DNA of 64,000 nt from an uncultured Bdellovibrio sp. (GTDB lineage Bacteria > Bdellovibrionota > Bdellovibrionia > Bdellovibrionales > Bdellovibrionaceae), in contig CAWVRN010000009.1 in NCBI GenBank assembly GCA_963932905.1, forward strand, positions 32,001-96,000, in the 5' to 3' direction. The translations under genes were made by a program, and so were the position numbers. A model generated the notes under the pieces. It was not told the DNA's origin, made no database searches, and saw nothing but the letters and a program-made list of their open reading frames with translations. The first letter of the stretch is position 1; every line of letters starts with the position of its first letter. Of the stretch, positions 46,670-57,036 are shown piece after piece.

Positions 46670-49600
46670 TTATTCTAGGAAGAATTGTTTTACTCCGAAT
46701 AATCCTGAACTCACTTCTATACTTCTTTGTTCTGGAGAGAAGTGGATGCTGTCTGACGATGAACTGTAGCCTTCGAGTACTGATACTACGGGCATTGCCT
46801 TTTGTTTTTTATTTTGCCAATCTACCGGTGCTAAAGGGACTACCGATGGGCGTGTGTTGCCGGCTTGGAATTTTACGACTTGGATTTGTCTCCAGCTTTT
46901 TACTACGCCGTAGAATAATCCTGGTTCTTTTTGGTCGGCAAATACTTTAGCTAGGCTAGCGTATTCGATGGTGTCTGGCATTGTGAATACATCTTGAGTT
47001 AAATATGCATCTTTATCGGCAGTCACTACTTGTAAGGAAGCGCGGCTGTTGTAGTTGTCGCGGACTTTGCTTGTGTATTTCATTAAACTTAGATTTTTAG
47101 AATAAGATTTAGGTAACGCTAGGTAATTTAAATCATCTGCTGCTGATTCCAACATATCTACCAATACTGCTTTAGTGCCTTTTTCTGACTTCACTAATTT
47201 TAATGATGTTAAACTTGTCGTCGTATTCAATACTTCTTGTTCTTTGGTAGCGTAGATATCATTTACCCAGCTGTCGGAAACAACCACTACCGAACCGTCA
47301 TAGGCTATAACATCGCCCGGAATATTAAACCCATCGCCGCACGATAGAGTTTGATTCTGCCACGAAAGTGGAAATAATTCATTTCTAGTCGCTGTGCTGT
47401 ACGTTTTTGCAAAATCTTTAGTTAAATCGACAGATGTTTTTCTAACTAAGAACAATTCGTTGTTGAATTGCTTAACGTCGGCGCGAGTTGATTTTGAAAG
47501 ACCACATTTATCGATAGATACTGTTTTTGGTTCAGCCGCTTTATCCGCAGATACTAAACGTAATTCATTTCCTACACTCACTAATGTTTCACCCGAAGCT
47601 AATTTCAAGAATGAAGCCTGGCGGTAACCATAACCTGGAGGCATGATACCCATCGCAGCGCTGCTGTTAGCACTTACGTCGATTGAAAACTCAGAACCAG
47701 ATCCCGCTTCCCATGATTTAGTCGAAGTCGCTTTCAGAGCTTTGTTAGCGCCCAAAGAGATTTCATGTAATTGATATGTTTGCAAATAACGATTGTTTTC
47801 ATAGCCAGACTTGCTTGTTAATACTAACATGGTCTTTTTATCAGCGTTGATTAAATGTGCCGTGTGGGAACCTTGTAGAACCACTTCACTTAGTACTGCC
47901 GGTTTTTCAGCATCTACATCCATTTTAGAAACCGTTCTTAAGATTGTTTTTTCTGTTGAATTCGCAGGCCAAGAATTACCTTCTGTGATCACCTGAACAC
48001 CTAAATCGCCCACTGTTACAAACGCTTTAATGTTACGAGCTAATTCCAGCACGTTAACCGCTTGTACAGTAGTCGAAGGCGCATTTGAATTGGCACCAAA
48101 TGTAACTAACGAAGAATCTGAAAAACTGTTGATACGGTTGATTTCAGAGTTTGTGAAAATACGGCGAATCCAAGATGAATCACCAGCTAAGAATGAACCT
48201 TCTTTAAAGATCGCATCTGTATCTGTCGTACCTAGGTCGAACGAAATGATCTGACCACCGCTTTGGTAAGATGATACGCCATTTGAATTTTTGTAATAAC
48301 GAGAACCTTCAAAAAGGATTTCGCCTTTACCATTTTCATCAGGACGAAATTCAATCTTTTTATCTTCGCCGCTAAAATTAGCCCAGAATTGTGAACCAGA
48401 TAATATTAAAGATGACACTTCAGTGGCTTTAGCCGATTTGCCATTGGATGTGATTTCAAAAAGTTTAACTTGGGCAAAACGTTTGTTGTCTTCGTTATTA
48501 ACGGCGGGAACAATCCAACCTAAACCAACGATATAGTTTTTGCCTTTATAGCTGATTGGCTCCGCACGTGAAATCCAACCATCAAACGTTAAACGTTGTA
48601 CGTGACGAACACCTTTTTCCGGAGCCGAAATATCAAATAGATCTAACGGGTCGACTTGGTTCGCTGGAACCCAGAAAACGTATAACCAATCACCATAAAT
48701 ACGTACGTCTTGTAAGTTAGCGCTTAAACCCGTCGTATCGCCCGTCGTTACCACGCTATCAGGCATGATTTTACGAACTTGATCTTTAGTTAAAACGAAA
48801 CGACCGTAAACACCCCAAGTGGCGTCTTGAGTCCATTTTGATTTTGCCACTTCAGAATCTGTGCCTTTATCTGTTTCGGATTTCACTTGCTTTTCAATAT
48901 ATAAACGTCTTAATTCCGCTTCGTTTTCTGATAAGATTTCAGAATTTTTAGTAGGGAATTTAAATGTTTCAACAGCGACGCGACCAATTCTTGGCGATGA
49001 ATTGTTTGCTGTTGGTTGTCCTGTGATGGTGTAGTTGCTAACCACGATTAGAGTGTTGTTTTTGATTTGCATTTGGTGTGGGCGCTGAATTGTGCCCTTA
49101 ACCGAAACGGTCATGACGGATTGAATTTTACCTTTGTCATCAGAAATATCTACGACTTGAACCATACTTTGACGGTCCCACCAACCCCAACCATGTTCTG
49201 ATAAATGGGCGATTAGATAGTACTTATAAGAATCGCCTTCAGGAACAGTGACAACTCTTAGGTTGTTTCCGTAAACGGCAGGAAGAGATAAGTTAGCTTC
49301 TTGAATTTTGCTCACTTGTTTTCCGCTTAAGTCAAACGAAGTCACGATTCCTTGAGACAGACTTTGTGTTTCTGAATAACGGTAGGAATTAGTATCTGGG
49401 CGAAGAGTTGTCACCGTGTAAAGAACGCTGCCCACCATGCGTGAGTCTGCGATTTCACCTTTAAGATCGATTTTTTCAGCTAGAATTGGATTTTCAGGTT
49501 TAGATACATCGTAAACTAAAATACGACTCTGATTTTCATTATAGTTGTAGGACTGAGTCGCCGAATCAAACCAAACTCTCTCAAGAACAAACAAACGATC

Positions 49601-50062
49601 TTGAACTGCATCTAAGTACATATCTGATGGATAGTTACCTGTTGGCTCTGCGCGACCTAATAATTTAGGTTTTTCAGTTCCATCAACATAGCTAACGACT
49701 TGAAGCCCGCGATAGTTATTTAAAAGATAAAGTAATTTTGAGCCCGGTTTTCCCACTTTAAATACGTCGGCTTCTTGTTCGGCACGGGGGCCTGCGCCGG
49801 CCGTGGGTGACGGAGCCGCAGCACGAGCCGCTTCCAGTCTGAAGCCCCCGCCGCGAGTTGCCGTAAGGAACGATGTCTGACCACGATAGCGAGTTAAATC
49901 CCCACGTAGAGCGGATGTACCTTCTTTAGGTGCGGCCATCAACGACGAAGCGTTGTTCGCGGATAACGAACCTTCGTCCTTTTTAGTCGAGCAACCAATA
50001 GAAAGAAGAGCTACTGTAGTTAAAGATAATGTTAACGTTGATAAAGTGTATGGTTTCATCAT
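46670..50062 (-). CDS. Large beta-propeller-domain lipoprotein
   Basis: Lipobox SIGC; EQEADVFK, YDVSKPENP, DSRMVG, VDPL.LFDIS motifs of the secreted Beta_propel family. Confidence 0.85.
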   Translation of the reverse strand: MMKPYTLSTLTLSLTTVALLSIGCSTKKDEGSLSANNASSLMAAPKEGTSALRGDLTRYRGQTSFLTATRGGGFRLEAARAAAPSPTAGAGPRAEQEADVFKVGKPGSKLLYLLNNYRGLQVVSYVDGTEKPKLLGRAEPTGNYPSDMYLDAVQDRLFVLERVWFDSATQSYNYNENQSRILVYDVSKPENPILAEKIDLKGEIADSRMVGSVLYTVTTLRPDTNSYRYSETQSLSQGIVTSFDLSGKQVSKIQEANLSLPAVYGNNLRVVTVPEGDSYKYYLIAHLSEHGWGWWDRQSMVQVVDISDDKGKIQSVMTVSVKGTIQRPHQMQIKNNTLIVVSNYTITGQPTANNSSPRIGRVAVETFKFPTKNSEILSENEAELRRLYIEKQVKSETDKGTDSEVAKSKWTQDATWGVYGRFVLTKDQVRKIMPDSVVTTGDTTGLSANLQDVRIYGDWLYVFWVPANQVDPLDLFDISAPEKGVRHVQRLTFDGWISRAEPISYKGKNYIVGLGWIVPAVNNEDNKRFAQVKLFEITSNGKSAKATEVSSLILSGSQFWANFSGEDKKIEFRPDENGKGEILFEGSRYYKNSNGVSSYQSGGQIISFDLGTTDTDAIFKEGSFLAGDSSWIRRIFTNSEINRINSFSDSSLVTFGANSNAPSTTVQAVNVLELARNIKAFVTVGDLGVQVITEGNSWPANSTEKTILRTVSKMDVDAEKPAVLSEVVLQGSHTAHLINADKKTMLVLTSKSGYENNRYLQTYQLHEISLGANKALKATSTKSWEAGSGSEFSIDVSANSSAAMGIMPPGYGYRQASFLKLASGETLVSVGNELRLVSADKAAEPKTVSIDKCGLSKSTRADVKQFNNELFLVRKTSVDLTKDFAKTYSTATRNELFPLSWQNQTLSCGDGFNIPGDVIAYDGSVVVVSDSWVNDIYATKEQEVLNTTTSLTSLKLVKSEKGTKAVLVDMLESAADDLNYLALPKSYSKNLSLMKYTSKVRDNYNSRASLQVVTADKDAYLTQDVFTMPDTIEYASLAKVFADQKEPGLFYGVVKSWRQIQVVKFQAGNTRPSVVPLAPVDWQNKKQKAMPVVSVLEGYSSSSDSIHFSPEQRSIEVSSGLFGVKQFFLE

Positions 50063-50267
50063 GGGCGACGAATCTCCTGTAAAGCAGCCGAGATAGCTGT
50101 TTAGTTTTTAAAATCGTCGCACTCTAGCACCAAGAATCAAGAAATTCGAAAACAAAAAAAAATGACGGGTAAACCTTGCTAAATAAGTAGAGTTTCCGAA
50201 AAAAATTCAAACTGTGAAATGGCTTCAATGATAGGCAGTCAAACCAATTCCACAAGTGTTGTTAAGG

Positions 50268-51092
50268 CTATTTAGAAATATAGAAGCTTAAACAGCTGTT
50301 AGGAACCATGTAACCAAGGTCTTTGTATTTAAACCATGGGTAAACCAGTTGGCCCCAAACGCGGTACGGGCCTTCTTTTTTGATTCGAGCTCTAACGATT
50401 CGAACGACTGAGTCGCGTTGTTCTGCGCTGATTAAGCCATCATTATGCATTAAGATGGCTAGGTCACCCGCATTGTGAAAGGCCTTTTGGTCTTGGCGAA
50501 GGCTTTGAGTATTAGGGGTTTTGGGTTTATAAACGATATGAATATAGGTTAAGACCTTGATTTCCTTGCCGACCTGTTCTGATAATTTTTTAATCGCATT
50601 TGATATTTTTCTATAAATAGCCGGATCTTGTTCACCATTATCACCGATAAGAACTACCTCATCCGGCAGATCATTTTTAATAGCCGCCATGATAGTTTCA
50701 AATTTGTGTTCACGATGTCTTAATTTATCAAGTAAATTAGTAGGAAAATGATTTTTAGGATTGGGAAATCGAAAGTTTTTTAAAAGGGCACGATGGGCAT
50801 CATTTACGGTGAAGTCAATACCATTGGTCACGTAAGAAAACGAAATTTTGTTTCCTAATTTTTGCTGATTTTTTCTAGCTTCAGTGTAGACGGTATTCAT
50901 TCCAAAAAATAATTGTTCTGGGTAGGACGAGAACGCAGCATTTTCTGCAAAATCATGGACGTAGGAAATTTTAATGGTGTCATCAACGTCAGAAAATACA
51001 CGGATCTTTTTTGGGCCGTCAGCTGCGGAGAGATTAGCAGCCGGTAACAAATAAAAGGCTATTGTAAACACAATTGACAAAACTTTTCCCAT
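50268..51092 (-). CDS. Secreted App1-family (DUF2183) phosphatidate phosphatase, HAD-like
   Basis: FSDVDDTIK (DxDxT), YVTNG, HK, LIGDNGEQDP; signal peptide from ATG 51092. Confidence 0.88.
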   Translation of the reverse strand: MGKVLSIVFTIAFYLLPAANLSAADGPKKIRVFSDVDDTIKISYVHDFAENAAFSSYPEQLFFGMNTVYTEARKNQQKLGNKISFSYVTNGIDFTVNDAHRALLKNFRFPNPKNHFPTNLLDKLRHREHKFETIMAAIKNDLPDEVVLIGDNGEQDPAIYRKISNAIKKLSEQVGKEIKVLTYIHIVYKPKTPNTQSLRQDQKAFHNAGDLAILMHNDGLISAEQRDSVVRIVRARIKKEGPYRVWGQLVYPWFKYKDLGYMVPNSCLSFYISK

Positions 51093-51216
51093 AAACGTCC
51101 TATATTCGAGTGTGATAATCGCAAGGAATTCAATGCAGTATTTAGACCATTTTTGCCCCAGATGCCTTCGGGGCAAAAAGTCTCTAAAGTACTTATTTCT
51201 TCTCATTATTTGAAAT

Positions 51217-53568
51217 ATGTTTTTTACTCGGCTTATGAAATTAGCCGTCGAATTAAGAAGCCTAGTCCATGAATCTGTCGCTTTATTAGGAACTGTTATC
51301 AAACATCGGGTCGGGGATAGCGGTTACCGTCGAATAGAAAAAATTCGGCAGCAGATGACATCCTTTCGTCATCAATCAGAAAGAAAATCTGAAAAAATGT
51401 TAGAAGAGTTGGCGACTCATCTAGTAAAACTAAAACAAGACGAACGATACGAAATTGCGCACTCGTTCACTTTAATGCTTGAGTTAATGAACACGTCGGA
51501 AAATGCCTATCGCAGTTTTCGCCTCAGTCAAAAAAGTGCAGCGCCGATGGAAAAAAACAAACCGGCCTCAATTACCTATGTGTTAACGGCCCATCCCACG
51601 GAAGCACGGGCACCAAAGAACATCAATATTTTTAATGAAATTCAAACTCTACTTATTTCCATTTTAGAAAATTCGACTGCGGGGCAAAAGGTCAACCTGA
51701 CCGAGCAAAATAAAAATGATTTTCAGCATTTGCTTGAAATCGCCTGGCGTACTTCGATCGTGCGTCAGCGATCGCCGAAAGTAAAAGATGAGGCCGAATA
51801 TATATACTCGCAAGTTTTCCGTGAAAATGTTTTGTTTTCACTGATGGATGCTAATCGCAGCGAAGTCGCATTTCGCCTTGGTAGCTGGGTGGGCGGGGAC
51901 AAAGATGGCCATCCTGGGGTCGATGAAAAAACGATGATTCAAAGCCTAACTTTATCTAGCGGCCATATTTTATTGGTACTGAATGAATTACTAAAAGAAG
52001 TCAGTGCCACTGTCGATTCCGTAGGACATTCTAATTTGATTCAGCACGTTTCGAAATTACAGTCGCGGCTGCGAACGTGCCGCGTGCTAAAGCCCGGTGA
52101 CCTTAAAAAGATTCAGCTGTGTCATTCTTTATTTTTAAGACTGCAAAAGGAATACAAAAATCTTTTCTACAGCGAACACCCTCAGCTACGTCGCATAGAT
52201 CAGATTTTTATATTGTTTCCAGGATTAGTGATCCCCCTAGAACTGAGAGAGTCGTCGGATGTTCTGATGTCAAAGCCGCCCAAGAGTAAACGATTAGTCA
52301 TCGATCGGATGTTAGAAAAAGTCGGCGGTCTATGCGGATCGGGTGATCCGCGCTTTTACATTCGCGGGTTTATTATTGCGATGACCCAGTCTGCTGAACA
52401 CTTGAAAATGGCGGCCAGCAAGCAAAGAAAAGTTTTTGGTGCAGCTAAATTACCAATCATCCCGCTTTTTGAAGAAGCGCAGTCGCTGGCCAATTCCGAT
52501 AAAATCATGCGCGATGTTTTAAAAGATCGAGAACTAAAATCCGTCATCAAAAATTATTGGCGTTCTACCGTTGAGATGATGGTGGGCTATTCTGATTCTA
52601 GTAAAGAGGGCGGAGTTTTACCCAGTCGGTTGGCAATTTCATTAGCACTGCCGAAACTGGAACGGTTGTGTCGGCATGCAGGCGTAACACCGGTGTTTTT
52701 CCATGGCTCAGGAGGCAGTGTCGATCGCGACGGGGGAAATATCGAAGACCAAATGGTTTGGTGGCCTCGGTCGGCGGCTAGGCGCTACAAAGTGACTATT
52801 CAAGGTGAAATGGTGGAACGATCGATGGCGACGCCGGCGATTGCCCGTCGTCAGCTTGAAAAGATTGCACATAGTTCAAGTATTGTATTAAGCCGTCGCT
52901 TTCATGTTCAGAAAAGTTTGGCCTTAAACACGTTTACAGAAAAAATTACGCACGCGTATCGTCGCAAGGTCACAGACCCAGATTTTCTTCAAATCGTTGG
53001 TGCGGCGACTCCGTATTCGTATATTAATTATTTAAAAATAGGATCTCGGCCAGCTAAGCGTCAGCAAGAGTTAACCGTCAAAGGTCTACGCGCAATTCCG
53101 TGGATTTTATGTTGGACACAAACTCGGCTGTTATTTCCCACGTGGTGGGGCGTGGGAAGCGCTTGGCGTTCCACCAGCAAGACCGACCGAGTTAAATTGA
53201 AATCAGCATTTGAAAACGACGCGGTTTTTACGTCGTACGTGAAAGCTTTAGATTTTACTTTGGCAAAGGTGGAACTAGAAGTTTTTAAAATCTACTTAAA
53301 ACAAAGCCGTTTACCCCAGACACTCATTCAAGATTTTAGTAACGAGGTGAACCAAGAATTCCGATGGGCCTGCCAATTTGTAAGTGCTATGACCGGCTCG
53401 TCAAAGCGCTTAGCCCACAAAGAGTGGTTAAAAGAAAGCATCGATTTGCGGTCAACGATGATTCATCCGTTAAATGTGCTGCAAATTATTGCACAAAAAA
53501 ATAAAGAAATTGCCTTGTTGAGACTAACAGTCACCGGGATTTCTGCCGGCATGATGGCGACCGGATAA
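51217..53568 (+). CDS. ppc: Phosphoenolpyruvate carboxylase (divergent)
   Basis: VLTAHPTE, IPLFE, MVGYSDSSK, IGSRPAKR, LRAIPW, C-terminal AGMMATG. Confidence 0.92.
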   Translation: MFFTRLMKLAVELRSLVHESVALLGTVIKHRVGDSGYRRIEKIRQQMTSFRHQSERKSEKMLEELATHLVKLKQDERYEIAHSFTLMLELMNTSENAYRSFRLSQKSAAPMEKNKPASITYVLTAHPTEARAPKNINIFNEIQTLLISILENSTAGQKVNLTEQNKNDFQHLLEIAWRTSIVRQRSPKVKDEAEYIYSQVFRENVLFSLMDANRSEVAFRLGSWVGGDKDGHPGVDEKTMIQSLTLSSGHILLVLNELLKEVSATVDSVGHSNLIQHVSKLQSRLRTCRVLKPGDLKKIQLCHSLFLRLQKEYKNLFYSEHPQLRRIDQIFILFPGLVIPLELRESSDVLMSKPPKSKRLVIDRMLEKVGGLCGSGDPRFYIRGFIIAMTQSAEHLKMAASKQRKVFGAAKLPIIPLFEEAQSLANSDKIMRDVLKDRELKSVIKNYWRSTVEMMVGYSDSSKEGGVLPSRLAISLALPKLERLCRHAGVTPVFFHGSGGSVDRDGGNIEDQMVWWPRSAARRYKVTIQGEMVERSMATPAIARRQLEKIAHSSSIVLSRRFHVQKSLALNTFTEKITHAYRRKVTDPDFLQIVGAATPYSYINYLKIGSRPAKRQQELTVKGLRAIPWILCWTQTRLLFPTWWGVGSAWRSTSKTDRVKLKSAFENDAVFTSYVKALDFTLAKVELEVFKIYLKQSRLPQTLIQDFSNEVNQEFRWACQFVSAMTGSSKRLAHKEWLKESIDLRSTMIHPLNVLQIIAQKNKEIALLRLTVTGISAGMMATG

Positions 53569-53682
53569 ATAAAAGTAAAAAATCTAGTTTAGTCCTTGAT
53601 TTGACCCCAATTGTTGAACATAGTGCGGCCTTTGCCGCCAAACGCAATATAGCGGCCTAAATTCAATGAGTTGGGGAGCATT

Positions 53683-55554
53683 ATGTCCATTAAAGAATTA
53701 AGCGACGATCAAGTAAAAAGCATGACCTTGTTAGAAAAAGATAAATGGTGGTTTGAAAATGTTTACCAAGGCAATGCACCTCAGTTAACAATTCGTTCGG
53801 CGATCACAGGTATGTTACTTGGCGGAATTCTAAGTCTGACAAATTTATACGTTGGTATTAAAACCGGATGGACTTTGGAAGTTGGGGTAACTTCAGTTAT
53901 CTTATCATTTGCTATCTTTAAATTATTCGCACGTTTTAAAATCGGAAATGAAATGGGCGTTCTAGAAAATAACGCCATGCAATCGATTGCGACCAGTGCG
54001 GGTTACATGACGGCGCCGATGATGGCATCGTTACCAGCGTACATGATGGTAACTAATAAAGTGATCCCTATGTGGCAAACCTACTGGTGGATTGTCATCC
54101 TATCTTTGTTAGGTGTTTTGTTTGCGTTTCCATTGAAACGTCGTTTTATCAATGACGAACAGTTGCCGTTTCCAGAAGGCTATGCTTCGGGTGTTGTACT
54201 TGATAGCTTACATTCAGATACAGGCAAAGAAGGTATCTTCAAAGCCAAAGTCCTAATGGGCGGTGCGGGTGTAGCGGCGATAACTGAATTTTTACGAAAT
54301 GAGCCGATCATGACAAAACTAAAAGCTCCGTTTTTAGTTTTACCAGAATACTGGGATGATTTAATTTATAAATTTGCAACTCCGGCCATTTTCGGTACGC
54401 CAATGAAAGACTTAACTATCCGTTTAGATTCTTCGATCGTGTTGATGGGTACAGGCGGACTAATGAGCATGAAGACAGCAATGTCGATGTTACTAGGTGC
54501 TATTCTGAATTATTTTATTCTAGCTCCGTATTTAATTAAAATCGGTATTATTTCGCACGCGACATTCAAGGGGATCACTATGTGGTCGCTGTGGTTTGGT
54601 GTGGCGATGATGACGACAGCTTCTTTATATTCTTTCTTTGCGCGTCCAGAAATTATTCTGTCGGCATTTAAACGTAAAACGAAAGAAGTGAAAACTAAAG
54701 ATGCTGATCCATTAAAAGATATCGAATTGCCGGTTTGGATTTCCTTGGTTGGTATCCCTATAGTGGGCGCGATCGCTGTTTGGATGGGTCATGCATGGTT
54801 TGGCGTTGAATGGTGGTTAGGTGTGATTGCGATTCCATTGGTATTTGTATTCACTTTGATCGCGGTGAATTCGACGGGCTTGACAGCAATCACTCCCGGA
54901 AGTGCGTTAGGTAAATTGACTCAAGTGACATACAGTATGTTGGCCCCAGGACAGATCGCGACGAATTTAATGACGGCGGGAATTACCAGTGAAGTGTCAC
55001 TGAATTCTAGTAATCTATTAATGGATATCAAGCCCGGTTACATGCTGGGTGGTAAACCTCGCCATCAGGCAGTTGGTCACATTCTAGGGATCTTTGCCGG
55101 TGGTTTGGTTGCTGTTCCTGTATTCTACATGTTATTCCATAATGATATTTCGTTATTCACATCTGAAAAATTACCTCTGCCTTCGGCTACCGTATGGAAA
55201 GCTGTGGCGGAAGTTCTGACAGTGGGTCTTGCGGCTCTTCATCCGACGGCTCAATTAGCGGCACTAGTCGGGGGAATTTTAGGTATCATCATGGCGTACC
55301 TTGATCAGAAAACAAAAGGTAAATTCCCAATTTCTGCCGTGGGTGTTGGATTAGCATTCGTTCTACGTTTCACAGATTCTTTAATGATGGCTTTAGGCGC
55401 ATTATTCTTCTGGGTTATTGGAAAAATGGCTAAGGATAAATCATCGGTTACTTACCGTGCGTTTATCGACAATCAAGAAACAATGTCTGCTGGCGTAATT
55501 GCCGGTGGATCGATCATTGGATTGATCTTGTTGATTCTAGAGACAAGCATTTAA
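53683..55554 (+). CDS. OPT family oligopeptide/metal-chelate transporter (YSL-like)
   Basis: QLTIRS, LENNAMQSIA, LPFPEG, MDIKPGYMLG, P.A.VWKAVA. Confidence 0.93.
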   Translation: MSIKELSDDQVKSMTLLEKDKWWFENVYQGNAPQLTIRSAITGMLLGGILSLTNLYVGIKTGWTLEVGVTSVILSFAIFKLFARFKIGNEMGVLENNAMQSIATSAGYMTAPMMASLPAYMMVTNKVIPMWQTYWWIVILSLLGVLFAFPLKRRFINDEQLPFPEGYASGVVLDSLHSDTGKEGIFKAKVLMGGAGVAAITEFLRNEPIMTKLKAPFLVLPEYWDDLIYKFATPAIFGTPMKDLTIRLDSSIVLMGTGGLMSMKTAMSMLLGAILNYFILAPYLIKIGIISHATFKGITMWSLWFGVAMMTTASLYSFFARPEIILSAFKRKTKEVKTKDADPLKDIELPVWISLVGIPIVGAIAVWMGHAWFGVEWWLGVIAIPLVFVFTLIAVNSTGLTAITPGSALGKLTQVTYSMLAPGQIATNLMTAGITSEVSLNSSNLLMDIKPGYMLGGKPRHQAVGHILGIFAGGLVAVPVFYMLFHNDISLFTSEKLPLPSATVWKAVAEVLTVGLAALHPTAQLAALVGGILGIIMAYLDQKTKGKFPISAVGVGLAFVLRFTDSLMMALGALFFWVIGKMAKDKSSVTYRAFIDNQETMSAGVIAGGSIIGLILLILETSI

Positions 55555-55581
55555 TCGCTAAAAATAAATTTTATTAAATCT

Positions 55582-55618
55582 AAAAGGCGTTACATTTTGA
55601 ATCGTAACGCCTTTTTTT
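55582..55618 (+). terminator. Rho-independent terminator
   Basis: AAAAGGCGTTAC...GTAACGCCTTTT followed by a T-run. Confidence 0.8.
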
Positions 55619-55708
55619 ATGGTCCTAGGTTTGCTTTATCTCAAAGTAGTGGATGTTTTCGTTCTGATTTGGGGAAAATTTCCATATACAAACATCTATT
55701 GGGGGCTT

Positions 55709-56098
55709 ATGAAAACAAGTGTATTAAAAAAAATGATGCGGTTAGTGATGGTTGTTTTGATGATGATACCACTGCCACAAATGGCGCTCGCATCCAATGG
55801 GCAAAAAGAAATGGTTACGGCGTCCGCCGTACTAGATGAAATGAATAGGGTGGCGCTACCAACATCTAGACAGCAACAAGAAAAAGAAATTCAAGCCTTC
55901 TTGCAAAATGATCAAGTGAAAGCACAGCTTCACGCCAAAGGAGTTTCAGCAGAGGAAATGACCTCGCGTTTAGCGAGTTTGTCGGATCAAGAATTAAAAT
56001 CCATGTCGACTCAAATTCAACAATCACGCGCGGGTGGTGATTTGCTTGTGACGGTATTGTTAATTGTCCTAATTATCTATTTTATTAAACGGATTTAG
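55709..56098 (+). CDS. PA2779-family protein
   Basis: Signal peptide, FL...VKAQL...GV...RLASLSDQEL, then AGG and a hydrophobic C-terminal tail. Confidence 0.85.
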   Translation: MKTSVLKKMMRLVMVVLMMIPLPQMALASNGQKEMVTASAVLDEMNRVALPTSRQQQEKEIQAFLQNDQVKAQLHAKGVSAEEMTSRLASLSDQELKSMSTQIQQSRAGGDLLVTVLLIVLIIYFIKRI

Positions 56099-56110
56099 GT
56101 GTGTTAATAA

Positions 56111-56947
56111 ATGAAATTGAAATACTTTTTCTCACTCACACTATGGACAGTAATTAATTTTGGGTGCGCGACCACTGTGGTATTGGAAGCGCCATCCATG
56201 ATGTCATTATCTTTACCAAAAGAGCAAGTAATACCCAACGTTGAGTTTATAGACCAAGAAAAAGATTTCTGTGGGCCAGCGACCGTGACGATGGCGCTTC
56301 GTTGGAATGGGATCGACGCCGACATCAATCACGTGGCCCAGAATGTATTCACCCCCGAATTGTCCGGCTCGTTGCCAGTTGATATTCTGAGCGCAAATCG
56401 CCGTTACGGAATGCTTGCCATGTCCGTGAATACTATGGATTCTTTGATGACAGAAATTGCAGCGAACAATCCTGTCATAGTCTTTCAAAATCTGACAGTC
56501 AGTTGGGCTCCGCAATGGCACTATGCTTTGGTAGTCGGTTACGATCTGACTCGGAAAAAAATAGTATTACATACCGGACATCAGCCCTATATGGAGATGG
56601 ATCTGTCAGATTTCGAGTACACTTGGAACCTGGCTGATAATTGGGGGCTAGTTGTTTTGTCTCCCGATAAACTATCAAGTTCCGCATCGGAAATGGATCA
56701 CGTAAAAGCGGCTGTTATCCTAGAGCAACTAAAGAAATCGGAGGATGCGAGTGTCAGCTATCAACGTATTTTAGAAAAGTGGCCTAACAACTTGGTCGCA
56801 CTGATTGGTGCTGCAAATAATGCTTATCAAAATGGCAATCGTAAGCTGGCTATTCGGATTTTAAAACATGCTGTGAAGGTTCATCCAGAATCTGTCGCGG
56901 CCAAAAATAATCTGACAATCGCGATCGCCGAAAAAATAAAAAAATAA
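56111..56947 (+). CDS. PA2778-family C39-like cysteine peptidase with TPRs (lipoprotein)
   Basis: NFGC lipobox, Q..FCGPA (Cys), PVIVFQNL, WHYALVVGYD (His), C-terminal TPR. Confidence 0.88.
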   Translation: MKLKYFFSLTLWTVINFGCATTVVLEAPSMMSLSLPKEQVIPNVEFIDQEKDFCGPATVTMALRWNGIDADINHVAQNVFTPELSGSLPVDILSANRRYGMLAMSVNTMDSLMTEIAANNPVIVFQNLTVSWAPQWHYALVVGYDLTRKKIVLHTGHQPYMEMDLSDFEYTWNLADNWGLVVLSPDKLSSSASEMDHVKAAVILEQLKKSEDASVSYQRILEKWPNNLVALIGAANNAYQNGNRKLAIRILKHAVKVHPESVAAKNNLTIAIAEKIKK

Positions 56948-57036
56948 ATCTCACCCCAAGTCACAGCTTTTTTAGTTGTAACCGTAAAAATGCTGTCCTA
57001 CCTTTTTTGTCTATAACTAAATCAAAAGGGGTTGTT

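Noticed and set aside
46241..46769. ORFs 46241-46603 (-) and 46353-46769 (+), which encode near-identical peptides on opposite strands
   Set aside because: Artefact of the palindromic element copy B: both strands read similarly. Copy A does not preserve such a reading frame.
15888..51302. Long N-terminal extensions in the ORF track (e.g. starts at 16931, 17654, 26401, 43662, 46234, 51302)
   Set aside because: Downstream ATGs have better RBS or signal peptides and avoid overlapping neighbouring genes, so those starts were used instead.
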